Below are positions 39,823 to 54,800 of a stretch of 64,000 bases of DNA, piece after piece. A program made the position numbers and the translations under genes. Position 1 is the stretch's first letter. Each line of letters starts with the position of its first letter. The notes beneath the pieces are model-generated. The model did no database searches. It was not told where the DNA came from and saw only the letters and a list, made by a program, of their open reading frames with translations. Source of the DNA: Heptranchias perlo (lineage: Eukaryota); NCBI RefSeq assembly GCF_035084215.1, contig NC_090357.1:11904001-11968000 (forward strand), given 5' to 3'.

Positions 39823-42800
39823 ATGGACCCTGGGGTTTGGGACAGTGATGGCTGTACTTCTTCTGATTCAAATGACTTACCAGATCTAGTTTCCTCTGAT
39901 GAGGTAAGTAGAAAGAATTGCTCTGGTCACTGTAGCAACATAAATGCATTCAAAAGCAATGTTTATGGTATCAATACACATCGTAAACAGAGAAATTCTT
40001 CCTCCATTTTTGGGGCAGAGCAGAATCTGTCTGTTCTATACCTGTTCTGAGTTGTTTGACATTGACACAGGGTGGCCAAATATTGACACGTGTACCAATC
40101 CCCATCACTGTATCCATCACCTTGATGCACAGCGAAAATCCCATAATATTTTAAAAACTATTATAAAATGGAAAAATTATAGTATTTTTGATTCTAACTC
40201 CCTGGACTTTGAAGTAAATAATATGGCCTAGTAATGTTGCGGCAGATCTTTGTGTTTTTGTGAATGTTTAGACTGCAGACTAAAATATTTGAAGCAGTTC
40301 TACATTGGTCATATACTGGTAATTTTGTTAAATTAAACAAAATTGATCAGACAAGATTGGGACATCAAATTGCATAAGTTCTATTGTATTAAATTCTTGC
40401 ATGTAACTTATTTTCTCTAGTTCAAAATTGATTTGGCGGGGGGGGTGAGGAGCTGGGACATTTTAAACAAAAAGACTGCATACACGAGTGAAATGGGGAC
40501 CAATCTCACACATAAAACTGGCTGTGCCTTTTTATGCTTGCACACATGATGACACTAAATTAGGAGGTGCAGTAAGTTGTGTCGATGGGAGCAGGAAGTT
40601 ACAAAGGAACATAGACATATTAAGTGAATGGGAAAAACTATAGCAAATGGAGTTCAATGTGGAGATCCAAGAAAGACAAATCAGAATATTTTAATGGCGA
40701 AAGACTAGGAACTGTGGAGGAACAAAGGTATTTGGGTGTTCAGGTGCACAAATCTGTAAAAGCCAGTACACAGGTTCAAAAAGTAATTAAAAAGGCTAAT
40801 GAAATGTTGGCCTTTATCTCAAGAGGCTGGGATACAAAGGGGAGGAAGTAATGCTTCAGTTGTATATAGCCTTCATCAGATCCCATCTGGAGTACTGCTT
40901 TCGGTTTTGGGCACTGCACCTCGGGAAGGATATATTGAACTTGAAAGGGGTACCGTGCAGATTGACCAGAATGAAACCAGGGCTTAAAGGGTAAAATCAT
41001 GAGGACAGGTTGTATAAACGTGGCTCATATTTCTTTGAGTTTAGAAGGTTGAGGGGTGATCTAATTGTGGTGTTTAAAATGATAAAAGGAATCAATAGGG
41101 TAGATACAGAGATTCATTTTCCTCCGGTGGGGAAAATCCAGGACAAGGGGTCACCATCTTAAAATTAGAGCTAGACCATTCAGGAAGTGCTTTTTCACAC
41201 AAAGGGTAGTGGAAATCTCCCCAAAAAGGCAGTAGATGCTGATGAAATGTCAAAAATACAAATTTCCTCATTCCTTCAATTGGTGATGATGTGAGGTATT
41301 CAGTAGGAATAACTGAGGCCTGCTGGTAGCATGGGGTTAGTTTGATTTTCCAAATCCCAGCATCCATCAGGTTCTGCATCTTTGGTTCAAGTCTGCTTTT
41401 ATGTCATCTGGGATTTTTTAAAATGTAGAAGTGACTGAGTGAGTGACTAGAAGAAATAAAATTCTTCCATTCGATGCTGCAACACCAGCAGGTTACATTG
41501 CAACCTGTGTGTTCTACTTATTTCTTAGAAAATGATTATTGTAAAGAAAATATAAAGGGTATTTTAGATTTCTGTCAAATGTACTAAACTTAGTTCAAAT
41601 CGTTCTTTGTCGTGCTAACTAATTTAGTCATTTGTGACATTGAATGAATGAGCTGCTTATAGATTTGTTTTACTTATTGTTTAATTATAATTACAGGATT
41701 TGAAACCATGGTTTCCTCCGATTGCTCCCCCAAAGATAAGCTATGAAGGTAAAAAAACTCAAAAGGATTCTTTTCATGTTTTGAGAGAAGAGATTGGCTA
41801 TTGTAGAGCTAGCCAGGTACAAAAGTAATACCGACTGTGATTGTAGCAGTGCTGGCAAATGATTTAATTTAAGGATTACAGAAGCATTCAGTTGAAGCAC
41901 GTTGAAACATCAGCGGGATTTTAGAATATGAGTTAGTGCCTTTAATTCTCTAGGTGACGAGGTTGCAGATAGCTGTCCCACTGGGGAGTTGCTAGGTTGA
42001 AACTAGATATTTCCTCAAAGGAAAGGAGTTTTGTAGTGAGTTATTTATTGCAGATTACTGTTGTGCACCTCTCATGGCTGGCTTAAGAAAGCATTGACTG
42101 AGACAATGGAGCAAATCACCGACTAGCCTACTCAGCTGGAGAGTGGTGTGTAGTTTGGGGAACCAAAACAGAAAGACAGTATTTAAACATTTTCAAAATT
42201 ACTGGGGTCGAGGTGGATGAGTACACAATTTTAACCAATGCAACCAAATTCCAATCCAACAGACTCAGGATGAAAGTGTCTCTCTCTCTCTCTCTTCTCT
42301 CTCTCTCAGCCATAAAGGCCTTATGAGAAATATGTTTGGGTAATCTGAACTCAGTTCCTAGTTGGTGTGAGAACACAGCACAAAACTCTCCCAATTTGGC
42401 TCTTAATTGGCACTGTCACCCAGTGAGGTCACAACGATGGCCATGTAGGAATCATTCTGTTGTAGTAAAGGTTACTCTTTCGAGGTTGGGGGAGGGCAAA
42501 AGGAGCACTGCTTGCTTCTGGCTGTGCTACCCCTGATTGGATGACAGCGGTGTTCTATTCCTGGCTCTAACATCTCTTATTTCAATTATTACAAAAAAGA
42601 GGAAGGAATAAAGTTTGGATCAAAGACTGAATAATCTTTACAAACTTTGACTTTGGAGATTTTTGCATTCTTTGACATTTTTTTGTAATTTGAGAAACAA
42701 ATGCAACTGGTCTTCTGCAAAGCTCAGAAGTTTGTCCTGTTCTAAATTTATTTTGTCAGGTTTAGAATTTTGTAATGTTAGACATTATGGAGAAAACAAT

Positions 42801-45800
42801 AGTCTCTTTTAACAGTGAAGTTATTCATGTATAGTAATGGGGTTACAGAGTATTTAGAATAAAGAACTTCAGTTTTGTCATAATCCCAGGTTATAGGATT
42901 TCAGTTTCATTTCTTTCTTAAATGAAACACCAATTTGGTAGACAAAACTGATTGCAGTGGAAGAATGTTTTTAAAGTTACTGGTAAGTCTATTCAATTTT
43001 TTGTAGACAGTTAACTTGGACATTTTTCACCATTATCTGTTAACTGTTGTAGTTCCAAATATTGTAAAATATTTTGTGAGGATATTTACAGCACTGTAAT
43101 GCAGACTTTCCTGTAAAGGTATTATAATTTTGATTAAGCTTCTACAGTATTTATGATGGAGATCAAAGCAGTAAACATACCGTACTTGGAGTATAAGAGT
43201 AAGGAGGCCTTGCTGCAATTCTGTAGGGCTCTGGTGAGACCACACCTGGAGTACTGTGCACAGTTTTGGTCTCCTTACCTAAGGAAGGATATACTTGCCT
43301 TAGAGGGGGTGCAACGAAGGTTCACTAGATTGATTCCTGGGATGAGAGGGTTGTTCTATGAGGAGAGATTGAGTAGAATGGGCCTATATTCTCTGGAGTC
43401 TAGAAGAATGAGAGGTGATCTCATTGAAACATATAAGATTCTTGGAGGGCTTGACAGGGTAGATGCTTAGAGGCTGTTTCCCCTGGCTGGAGAGTCTAGA
43501 TCTAGGGGTCATAGTCTCATGATAAGGGGTCAGACATTTAGGACTGAGATGAGGAAAAATTTCGTCACTCACAGGGTTGTGAATCTTTGGAATTCTCTAC
43601 CCCAGAGAGCTATGGATACTCAGTCATTGAGTATATTCAAGACTGAGATCGATAGATTTTTGGACACTTGGAGAATCAAGGGGTATGCGGATAGGGTGGG
43701 AAAGTGGAGTTGTGGTAGTAGATCAGCCATGATATTGAATGGCAGAGTAGGCTCAAGGGGCCAAATGGTCTACTCCTGCTCTTATTTCTTATGTTATGTT
43801 CTTGTGGCTTTAGGTGCAAGCTTGACATTCCTTTATTGAGAGACTAGGCAGTTAGCTCAGTGCCTGACCTATACCATTGTTGCTCTTTAACTTGCTGCTG
43901 GGAGATGTGCCAGAACAACCTGCAGTGACTAGGCTGCTGATTTAAAATGAGCTTTTTTCTCTCCTGTGCTTCTTCCCTCTGTTCCTCTCACTGAGCAGAA
44001 ACAACTGGGCAACATTTGCCACTTTCCTGACAAACAAACTGAGATTGGGAACTCCTGGCACAAAGTAGTGAACTTAATGTTCCGTGTCACAAAATGTTGC
44101 CACACCAACCAGTTGTGCCAAACTAACATTCTGAAGACGTAGGGAGGGAAGAAATTCAGAAATACTTAGTTGATGTATGCTAAACGTATTGTTTTAATAT
44201 TAGTGCTGGTCAGGCAAGTTCATTTAAATATAGAGTTAGGCTCTTGAGACCAAAATTGTCATAAATGTAATCAGTATATTTTGAATGGGATCTATACATT
44301 TCTCATATACAGTGCTTTATATTATTTAACATGAGAAATGTAACGCTGTTGTAAGGTGCGCGGGTGGGGGGGGTTCTTGGAAAGCTACAGCAGGTACATT
44401 GTACTGTTCGGCTAACAGCTTGAAAAGGCTATTAGGATAGGCTTACTGCATTGCTTTTTTTTTGCTTAGCTCTGCTCTTTTGAGCCTCTGTTGTTGAAAG
44501 ATCGATTAGATTAGGTATCCATCTCGCAATTTCCTTTCCTAAGATGGTGCATGTTCTTATTTCTAGTGCTGATTCCGAAGAGATGGTGTTACCTGAGGAT
44601 GTCTGTGTTGAAGAGGTACTGCCACATTGTAAAAGTGCAGCTCCTGAGCCCAATTCTTTTTGGCAGGCCTCATCTAGATGAACGCTACAGGAACTGGGCT
44701 GCTGAAGCTGAGCTCGTTCAATATGAGCAGTAAGTTTTGCAGTAACAATAGCAGCTATACAAATGATACAACAAATAAATCCATATAACTAATCTATAAT
44801 AGTAGCCTTATTCCAAGTTTAGAATGCAACTATACTGTTTTATATGTGACTTCTAATACAAGATTGTCATTTTTCAGTACAAGCATGTTTTATTCTGGAT
44901 TCAACTTGATCTAAATGATCTGTCAAACTAAAATTCAACCAACCAGATTTAAAAAGTGTGCCTTTTTCAGTTTTTAACAGATTTTCAATGATAAATTTCT
45001 TAAAGATATTCTTAATTACTTTTACTGATTTTTAAACCCAAACTGTTGAGTCTTACCGTCCCTAATGATTTACTGTTAGTAAAGTGCAGAAATATCTCAA
45101 TTTTGGCAAAGCATGCAAGATAAATTTCCACTTTTTGGAAGACAGTGTTTAAAAGTTATTTTTGTTGGTTTGGAGGAAGAATTAAAAAAACAATTTAAAA
45201 AGATTGAATGAAACCATACATTAAACAAGGAAATAAGTAGAACAGAATATCCCAGAATTGGAATTAAAAGCTATTTATCTGACTCAAATACAGCTGTCAA
45301 TCAAACTATTATTTCAGAAAGATTGATGGGATGTCAATTATATTGGATGTTTGTATTTCAGTTGAGTAGGTTGACTAATTCCTGAGACACCCATTGGTCT
45401 GTCCCAGAACAACCCCAGGAATTAACACTTACCTAACCACTTTTTCTACATTCAAAATGGTGTGACACGAGCACACTACATTGCTTGCTCTTGCTATAAC
45501 TGAGCTACCTAGAAGGTGCACTTTTTATAAACTGTACTTTAAGTTAAATTGGCTGGGTTCAAGTAAAATTTTCCGCTCTGCTATAGGATTATGCACTTCC
45601 ATAATCACAGACTATAATCCCCAGGGGGGTTAAAATGGCAGCCTGGTGGAACCCACTGTGTTGCTGCAGTGTAACCCCCCTACCATTTTAATTCCTGGGT
45701 TTTTGAGAGCATGGAGGCTACCCATCACAGGCAGGCAGGGACCTCATAAATAATAAAATGTCGGGATCTGATGTAATTTGGACCCCAGTGTAATTTTAAC

Positions 45801-48800
45801 CGAGATGCATGAATCGCACGTAGTCTCCAAGAAACATCAGAGTAGAAGAGACATAGGTAAGTAGTACATTTTTGTTTACATTTTTGAAATGTTTCTTGTG
45901 GCCCTCCTGGCCCAACAAGGAAACCTTGGACTTCACCTGCCCCGGTCTCCCCCTCTCCTCGAGCTTTGATCGGCCCAAACCCCCTCCTGCCTGATGTTCC
46001 TTGCCGGTGACTGTTTCGTTTGGCCTCACTGTTCGACTCCCTGCTCCGATTTTAAAATTGGGGCTTATGTCTTCATGATTTAGTATTGATATAAAGTAGT
46101 TTAAACAACACTGTGCAGTTTTGCCCCCACATCCTGGAATCCTTTCCTTAAATTATTCTTTTACGACATCCCTCCTTACTTTCCAAAGCGTTTTTAAAAC
46201 CTCCTTTCTCCAAATGTATTTTTGGTCATACCTCTAATTTCCCTTCCTATTCCTACTTGATTCTGTGTCCCAGCTGCAAAGTGCCTTGGGATATTTTAGT
46301 ACATTAAATGTGTTATATAAATGCAAGGTGTTATATAGTAAAAAGTTGAAACATCTTAAAATGCTTCATGTATAGGTGTAGTAACTGTTACATCGGCAAA
46401 TATTACAGCCATTCTGTGGCACTGAAGTGCCAGCAAGTTGCTTTGAATACTGCCATAGAACTGTTTAATGCTCAAATGAATCACTGGAATAGGCAGAAGT
46501 GCCGTCAATTTACCATCTTGGCTGAAGGACGGCGTCACCAACTGCAGTCCTCCCTTGTTACTGCACTGGAGAGTCTGTCGGTCTAGATTATGCGTTCAAG
46601 GAAGAGAGACAAGGGCCTAGAAATGCAGCCGCCACTTCTCGGGCACTAAGCAGCCTCATAATCCTCCAATACAGCGGGCAAGAAACGCGCACTCATTAGG
46701 AGCCGGAAGTGCATCACCTGCCCCGTTGGTAAAGGCCAAAAATTCGGCGGCTGCACTCTGAAAAACCAGGTCTACGTGCGGCCTAACAGGCTGTCCTTAA
46801 AGATTTCAAAATATACTTACCTAAATGCGGAGCTGGGAGGAGCAGGAGTTCTCCTGATCACACATGCTGCTATCTTCCACCCCGCACCTCCGATTGCCAC
46901 CGCTACCCCCCGTCCCCTCCAGGCCAGTGTCCTTTATGATCATTGCCTCGGGAGCTCAACTGTGTATGTATTACACAATTGTACAATATGTGTTATGTGG
47001 AATAATGCTACTGCTGTTATAAAACAAAATGTTCTCTAAGTCATAGTGAGTTATAGGACAACACCTAGTTTTTAATTATTTTTAAAATAGGGTGACATAT
47101 GAATGGTGGTATAACAAGAAAGCCTGAATTCTGGAAATCAAATAAAAGCAGAAATGCTGAAATTGCACAGACTGTTGGTATGATTGCATCAATTAAAGCA
47201 TTGTTTCCTTCTCTTGGTATAAATCTGGTAATGAGTTTTTCAAGACACTTTTACCACATCAGCTCATCCCTTTAATTCAGGCACCTTTGCTGTACTTTAA
47301 CCCAAATCTTTATATCTTTCTTGATGTAACTACATGACCTTCAGACTAATCAGAAAAAACATACCACTATGTTTAAGATAGCAATTAGGACACACCTTTG
47401 TTTAGGAAAAGCTCATTTTCTTTTTGGGAATGAAAATATTATATGTAGAGTACAAAACTCGTTGAATATTGTCTCAGCTGCATGCTCCAGACTCTCAGAT
47501 ATGACACTCCCTGTCTAGGTTGACAATGAAGACTCTCTTAGTTGGGAGAGGTACTGGAGGGCCTGTGGAACCATATACTTACTGTAAGAGTCACTACCTC
47601 CAGGAGAAAATTGGTTAAAAAAATAGTTTTCTATATTGGCATTAAATTTGCTGCATTTTGCCCTCCTTTGCTCATATTGCTTGCAGCCTACTGTACTTCT
47701 ACTCTAAAGAGGCTTTTTAAAATTGTAACAGTTCTAAATACAAAATGTAATACACTTTTTAAAAATGATCATGGATTGTGTGTTACCTCTCTGTATAATT
47801 ATCAGTTAATTTCATGGAACGCCAGCACCAGTACTGAGGCAGGAAGGAACTGTACTCCACCTGAATCGGAATGGGACCAGAGTCCTAGCGGAAAGGATAA
47901 ATAGGGCGGTGCATAAGGCTTTAAACTAGCAAGATGGGGGGAGGGATCTGGCAGCAATAACAAAAGCTTAAAGATAAAAGAAACAGGAGATGACTGTAAA
48001 GGTCAGACCAGAGTAAGGAATAAAGATAACATAAACGGTCAAGGAACAAACAGAAGTATAAAAGGACTGTTAAAGTAAAAGGAACAACTATTCGAGATGA
48101 ATTAAACTGCCTGTTCAGCAATGTTCACAGTGTCCAAAATAAAACCGAGGAACTGGAGGTAATAATCTGTAGCGAGGAACTAGATGTAGTAGGAATAACT
48201 GAAATATGGCTACATAAAGAACAGGACTGGCAACTAAGCATTGCAGGCTATAACATAATCAGAAAGGATAGGGAAGGAAGAAGGGTGGAGTAGCTGTACT
48301 AATTAGAAATAACAATGGCAGTAGAAAAAGGGGCATAACTAACAGAAGGATAGAAACAGAATCCATATGGATTGAAATAAAAGACAAGAGATTACGCTAA
48401 TAGGGATATACTACAGACCACCTAATAGTGGAAAGGAGGTGGAGGAAGAAATATGTATGCAAATATATGAAATGAGTTAAGGACATAGAATGATAATCAT
48501 GGGAGATTTTAACTATCCCCAAATAAACTGGCAAGAAGAGGAAGGTAAAGGGGTACAGGGAATGGAGTTTTTACAATATGTGGAGGACGTCTTTCTTACC
48601 CAGTATGTGAAAGGCGCAACGAGAGGAAGCACTACTGGATCCAGAAATGGGAAATGAACCAGAACAGATAAGAGAAGTAAGTGTAGGGGAACATCCAAGC
48701 AAAAGCGATCACAATATCATAAGGTTTAAGATAAAGATTGAGAGGACATAAGTAAGACAAAGACCAAAGTAATAAATTGCAAAAAAGCTGATTCTCAGGG

Positions 48801-51800
48801 GATGAGAATGGAACTAGGGAAAATAAACTGGAAAAATTTACTGCTAAACAAAGAAATAGAATAGCAGTGGGAAACATTTAAAATGGTGATCAATAGAGTC
48901 CAGGAGAAATATATCCACTAAAAAAACAAGAACAAACTAGCCAGAAATGATACACCATGGATGAATAAAGAAATATGATCAAAATTGAAACTAAAGAAAA
49001 AGGCATACACTAAGTAGATAGGAAACAGAGAGGATAACAAAAGGGAATAAGAAAAGATTAGGAAAGAAGTGAAAAAAACAATTTGGAAGGCAAAAAGAAA
49101 CTATGAAATTAAATTATCAAGGAATACAAGAAGAAATAATAAAGTATTCTACAGACACATCAATAACAAAAGAAAAACCGGATAGGGATCGGGCCACTAA
49201 GAGATACACACGATAAACTCACAGGTAATGACAGCAAAATGGCAGAAATATTAAATGATTACTTTGCCTCAGTATTTAACAGGGAGACTAACATGGTGGG
49301 CATGACATTAGAAGAAGAGATATGAAGACATTTAAGATCGAAAGGAGGGCGATAATTGATAAGCTAATCAAACTTAGAGAGGATAAATCCCCTGGTCCAG
49401 ATGGATTGCATCCGCGCATATTAAAGGGATTTAGGGAAGAGATGGCAGACGCACTATTACATATATATATAAAAATTAATTAGAAAAGGGAATAGTGCCA
49501 GAGGACTGGTGGACAGCTAATGTGATTCCTATATTTAAAAAGGGAGATAACCAGTCCAAGGAACTAGAGTCCAATTAGCTTAACGTCGGCGGTAGGAAAG
49601 ATAATGGAATCCTTACTCAAAGATGTAATAGAAAAACATCTAGAAACCGAAAATATAATAAAGAATAGTCACCACGGATTTCAAAAGGGAAGGTCATGCT
49701 TGACCAACCTTATTGAATTCTTTGAAGAAGTAACAGAAAGGGTAGACATGGGTAATGTAGTAGATGTAATATATTTGGATTTTCAAAAGGCCCTTCGATA
49801 AGGTATCGCATAGTAGACTTGTGACTCAGGTCAGAGCATATGGAGTCACGGGACAAGTAGCAGAATAGATAAGAGAGAAAAGAGAGAGTAGGGGTTAAAG
49901 GTAGTTACTCAGACTGGCAAGAGGTGGGAAGTGGTGTTCCACAAGGATCAGTGCTGGGACCACTGTTCACCATTTACATAAGCAATTTGGACACGAGTCG
50001 GAAGTACAATTTCAGAACTTGCGGACAACACCAAATTGGGGGTTATAGTTAACATCGAGGAGGACTGCGACAAAATACATTAATATACTTGCAGAATGGG
50101 CGTGTAATTGGCAAATGAATTTCAATATAGATAAGTGTGAGGTACTACATTTTGGTGGGAAGAATAAGGGGGCCACATGCTGCTTGGATAATAAGAGTAA
50201 AGGAGGTGGAGGAGCAGAGGGATCCAGTGGTACCGATACACAAATGACTAAAAGTAGCAACGCAGGTTAGTAAGGCCATATAAAAAAGTAAACCAAGCAC
50301 TGGAGTTCGTTTCTAGAGGGATAGAATTGAAAAGCAGGGATGTTATGTTCAACTTGGAAAGAACCTTGGTAAGACCGCACTTGGAGTACTGTGAACAGTT
50401 CTGGTCTCTATTATAAAAAGGATATAGAGGCATTGGAGAAGGTTCAAAAAAGATTTACTAGGATATCAGAACTGAGAGGTTATACCTATCAAGGAAGATT
50501 GAGCAGGCTGGGGCTCTTTTCTCTAGAAAAGAGAAGACTGAGGGGTGACCTGATAGACGTCTAAGATTATGAAAGGGTTTGATAGGGTGGACATAGACAA
50601 AATGTTTCCACTTGTGGGGGAGACCAGAACTAGGGGCCATAAATATAAGATAGTCACTAATAAATCCAATAGGGAATTCAGGAAAAACTTCTTTACGCAG
50701 AGAGTGGTTAGAACGTGGAACTCACTACCACAAGGAGTAGTTGAGACAAATAGCATAGATGCATTTAAGGGCAAGCTGGATAAACACATGAGGGAGAAAA
50801 GAATAGAAGGATATGCTGATCAGGTTGGATGAAGTCGGGAGGGAGGAGGCTCGTGTGGAGCATAAACAACGGCATGGACCTGTTATGCCGAATGGCCTGT
50901 TTCTGTGCTGTACATTCTATGTAATTAATATTCATAAGCCCATCAAGATAGTTTGAAAGGCACTGGAACAAAAAACGTTCTATTTGATATTTTTCTTAAT
51001 GACAAGCCTATATTTTCATATGGGAGATGAATGTGGTCTATTCCTCAGCATTGTTATTATCTATTTTGATGAGCGTGAATTCAACTACAGAAAAGATCAA
51101 GTGTCAGCACCAAGCTTGGGGTTAATTTTGACTGTGCAATAGTGTAAAACGGGTTGTTGATTCGCTATTCAATTACTTGCTGGCTTCACCAATGTAGCCG
51201 TTGGGAAGACCATAGAAAACTTTTTGTAAGTTATTTATGGTAGTCAACAGATGTGATTCGCCCAACTATATATGTCAATACATCTGCAGTATTGTAAATT
51301 TCTTTCGTAAGGGTTCATGAAGCTGCTTTTTTTTTGACAAAGCATCTTTTATTTCTTGTAGTTGTGGCGAACTGCAGGACCTTGATCTCAAAACACTGAA
51401 GATCGTAGATCTTTTGGAATCTGCACACAGGGCTCTGCTTGTTTATGTTGTAAGTGCCTAGAGCATTGCCGAATAGCCTACTTCTTTTCCTGTCCTCCTA
51501 AATACCAGTTTTTCATCTATTTTCCAATCATTTTGCAGTTGAAGAGACTATTGCTGATACAGTTTGTTCATACTGTTGGTGAATACCTTGTTAAGGTAGG
51601 AACCCAGTTATTTTTCCATTTCTGCAAAACTAATTTTTAAAAAGCACAAAACAACTACACGGGTATAAATATTTAAAGTAATTTCATGAAGTAAAACTGA
51701 TTACATTTATAAGGTAAATATATATTTTTTTAATATATTGGAACAAAGATGTATAAAGGATTGGATCAGGCTGGTCCCAAAGTCCAAAACATATTGGCAA

Positions 51801-54800
51801 ACAGTCTATCATAACAACATCTGAGTCCATTTCAAGATGATTCTGAACAAGAAATCAATGGGGATGCTATGCTCATGACTTTTTCTTCCTTCTATAATGT
51901 GCAACCTTCCTGGCTGTTTGTTATAAAAGTTCAACTAAAAAAAATAATGTATCACCCCTATGAAATGGAGAAAATGGGGTGTTCTGGGTGGCTTCATTCA
52001 AAGGCTAACGGCCAGCATGTGTAGGTAAAAATTCTTTTTCACTACAGCATTCTTTACATACCAACAGAATATAACTGAGTAGTAAGTTACAGTATAATGA
52101 AACAATGTGCACTTGCTGTTTTCAAAATGATAACTATGATTCTTTCTTTTGTGCTTCATTACCTCTTGGATTTGCATTGAGTATTTTAATTCAGAAATTA
52201 AAGATAAACTTATTTTCAGTGTTCCACTTTGGAAGAGGCAATAAAAGTGATAAAGCAGCAATTGATTTTTCGGGATGCCTGGAAGTCGTTGACTTTTGGG
52301 AATAAAATGCAAAAGGCTACAGCCCTCGCTCTCACTGGTCTTCATTGTGAGTACCATCTGATTACACGTTACTGTCTGTAAAGAGTTCTAAACTTAATTT
52401 TCCGCTTCTGGTTGAAAATATATGCATTGCTCGAAGTGAGCTTCTCTTCAATCCAGAAGGATTTTACAGTGCTAAAATTTTGATAATTCTAATTAAATAT
52501 TGATTAGCAACAAAAATGGCAAGAAAGCATTGAGGCAAAGTGCTTTCGACTGTGCGCTGATGCTAAACTTTTGCAATGTGAATGTGCCAGTGCTGTGATA
52601 ATTCACCAGTGTCCATGTCCATGACTTGCTGCCTTTTTTTAAGTTATGTATTTTATGCATCTCCTGACGATGCTTAATATTGATGCTATTTACATAAGAG
52701 GTCAAGGGTTCAGGGTCAGCCTTAGGATGTATTTATCCTATTAGTCATTCTCCCGTGGTACTGCATATGAGTAGTCGAGGGGAGGACGAAGGGAGGAGAG
52801 CAGAAGGAAAGGGAATGTGGGTGAAAATTCAGGGAGATACACAGTAATCAAGTATTTTTTTTGTTTGAGCATCCATTATAGTGTTCCTTATGATTTCTGT
52901 TTCGTGGATGGTGGAGAGACAAACAAACTAGTGTGGGTGGCAATGGGGGCAGCTGGCAGATCAAAGCAGTAAGCAGTAGGGCAGCATATAACTGGCCACA
53001 GATTGAGACTGACCAGCCGGTCAGAACAGGAAACAGGAGTGAATAAGCAGAACGGCCAGCAATGACAAAACATCAGCAGGGGAGTGTGAATACTAGGATG
53101 TATCTCAAGGCTGGTCAGTCAGCAGGGACGGACAACAGCAACAAGGAGCAACGGACCATAGATGAGAGGGAACATTTGGAAGGGGGTGGGGGATATCCAG
53201 CCATGGCTTACAGCTGGTTGGTTAGCAGGGTGGAGCGCACAATGAACAGGCTGGCAAATCAGAAGAGGATGGTGGACTGCAGCAGCTTGCAGCACGGACC
53301 AGTGTATGACAGTCAAAGACCATGAACAAATGGTGACCAGAGTTGGGCCACCACTATATAGGCATCGTACCAGAAGATTTTTTGGTTGTTGAATAAGTCA
53401 GAATAAATTTTCTTTCTTGTTTCTCCCAAACCTGTGTGCTGATTCTACTTACGAACATATAAAATTGACGGGCAGGAAAAGACCAGCTGGTTCCTCAAGC
53501 CTGCCCTGCACCATGATGGCCGAACTATCATGGCTAAACACTTCTTCCCTCCCCCGACCTTTCTCCTCACACCCATCCCTGCAGCCATGTAATCTCTTGG
53601 GAGAGGCAAAAAACAGAAAAAACCCAGGTGAAGAAACACACTGTAAAATTCCTCTCCAACCCCTTCAGGCAATCAAAACCAGTCCAGGAGATCACATGGA
53701 CCAAGCGTTATCAATAAAGACACTTACCTTCTATATGATGCGATCTCTGCCCAGTCAGGAACCGGTTCAGCTCCCTCCTGAAGGCAATGCAGAGAGTCAG
53801 CACCCACCGCACCAGCTGGCAGTGTGTTCCAGAGGCTCATAATTATCCGGGAAAAGAAGAACTGCCTAACATCCAGTCTATTCCTACTCTTCCATAGTTT
53901 AAGCGCATGTCCTCTGGTCCTTCACAACCTGTTAAACTGGAATAATCTATCAATAGGGCTGCTATCCAGCCCTTTAATTATTTTATAGACCTCCATCAGG
54001 TCACCTCTAAGTCTACGCTGCTTTAAAATAAATGAGTGTCACCTGACGAAGGAGAAAGCCTCCGAAAGCTTGTGATTTTCAAATAAAACTGTTGGACTAT
54101 AACCTGGTGTTGTAAGATTCCTTACATTATTAAAGGGGGCTCACAGAGCACCATTCTCAGTATAGGATAGGGAAAGCGTCGCACAGACTGGCTTGAAAGA
54201 AAATCACTCTGCAGCGCCATCATGTGGTTAGAGACTCAAACCAGCTTTTAAACTGTCCCAGTACCACTGGCACTCACATTAATGAAAAGATCCAATTAAA
54301 AGGCTATTGGTGTACCAGAAAAATGTAATATTTAGGTGTGGACACATTTAAAATGGGAAATCTCACAGAGGTGTTTACATATGAGTTTCCGTGGAAGATG
54401 TGACAAATGTACGTCATTTAATAATATACGTGTGTTCCTGATATTCATCTTCAGCTGGAAAGCAATTGTTGACATGGAATGGTAGTACACTTGTTGAGTT
54501 TATTTTCACTAGCACCACGTACTGAGTCATCAAATAATCGCATGCCATTTTTAAATGTACCATTAGCAGCTGAACTTAATTAGCCCTACAACCTTTTGAG
54601 ATCTCTGCGCTCCTCCAATTGTGGCCTCTTGCGCATCCCCGATTTTAATCGCTCCACCATTGGCGAATGTGCCTTCAGCGGCCTTCGCTTCTCTTAACCT
54701 CTCCGACTCTCTCCATCTCTTTCCTCCTTTAAGACGTTCCTTAAAACCTACCTCTTTGACCAAGCTTTTGGTTACCTGTTCTAACATCTCCTTATGTGGC

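Noticed and set aside
46377-46586. Possible extra exon of the TTC3-like gene ([10 protein letters not shown]...)
   Set aside because: No similarity to TTC3 and no good donor; exons 44567..44729 and 51362..51449 already join in phase.
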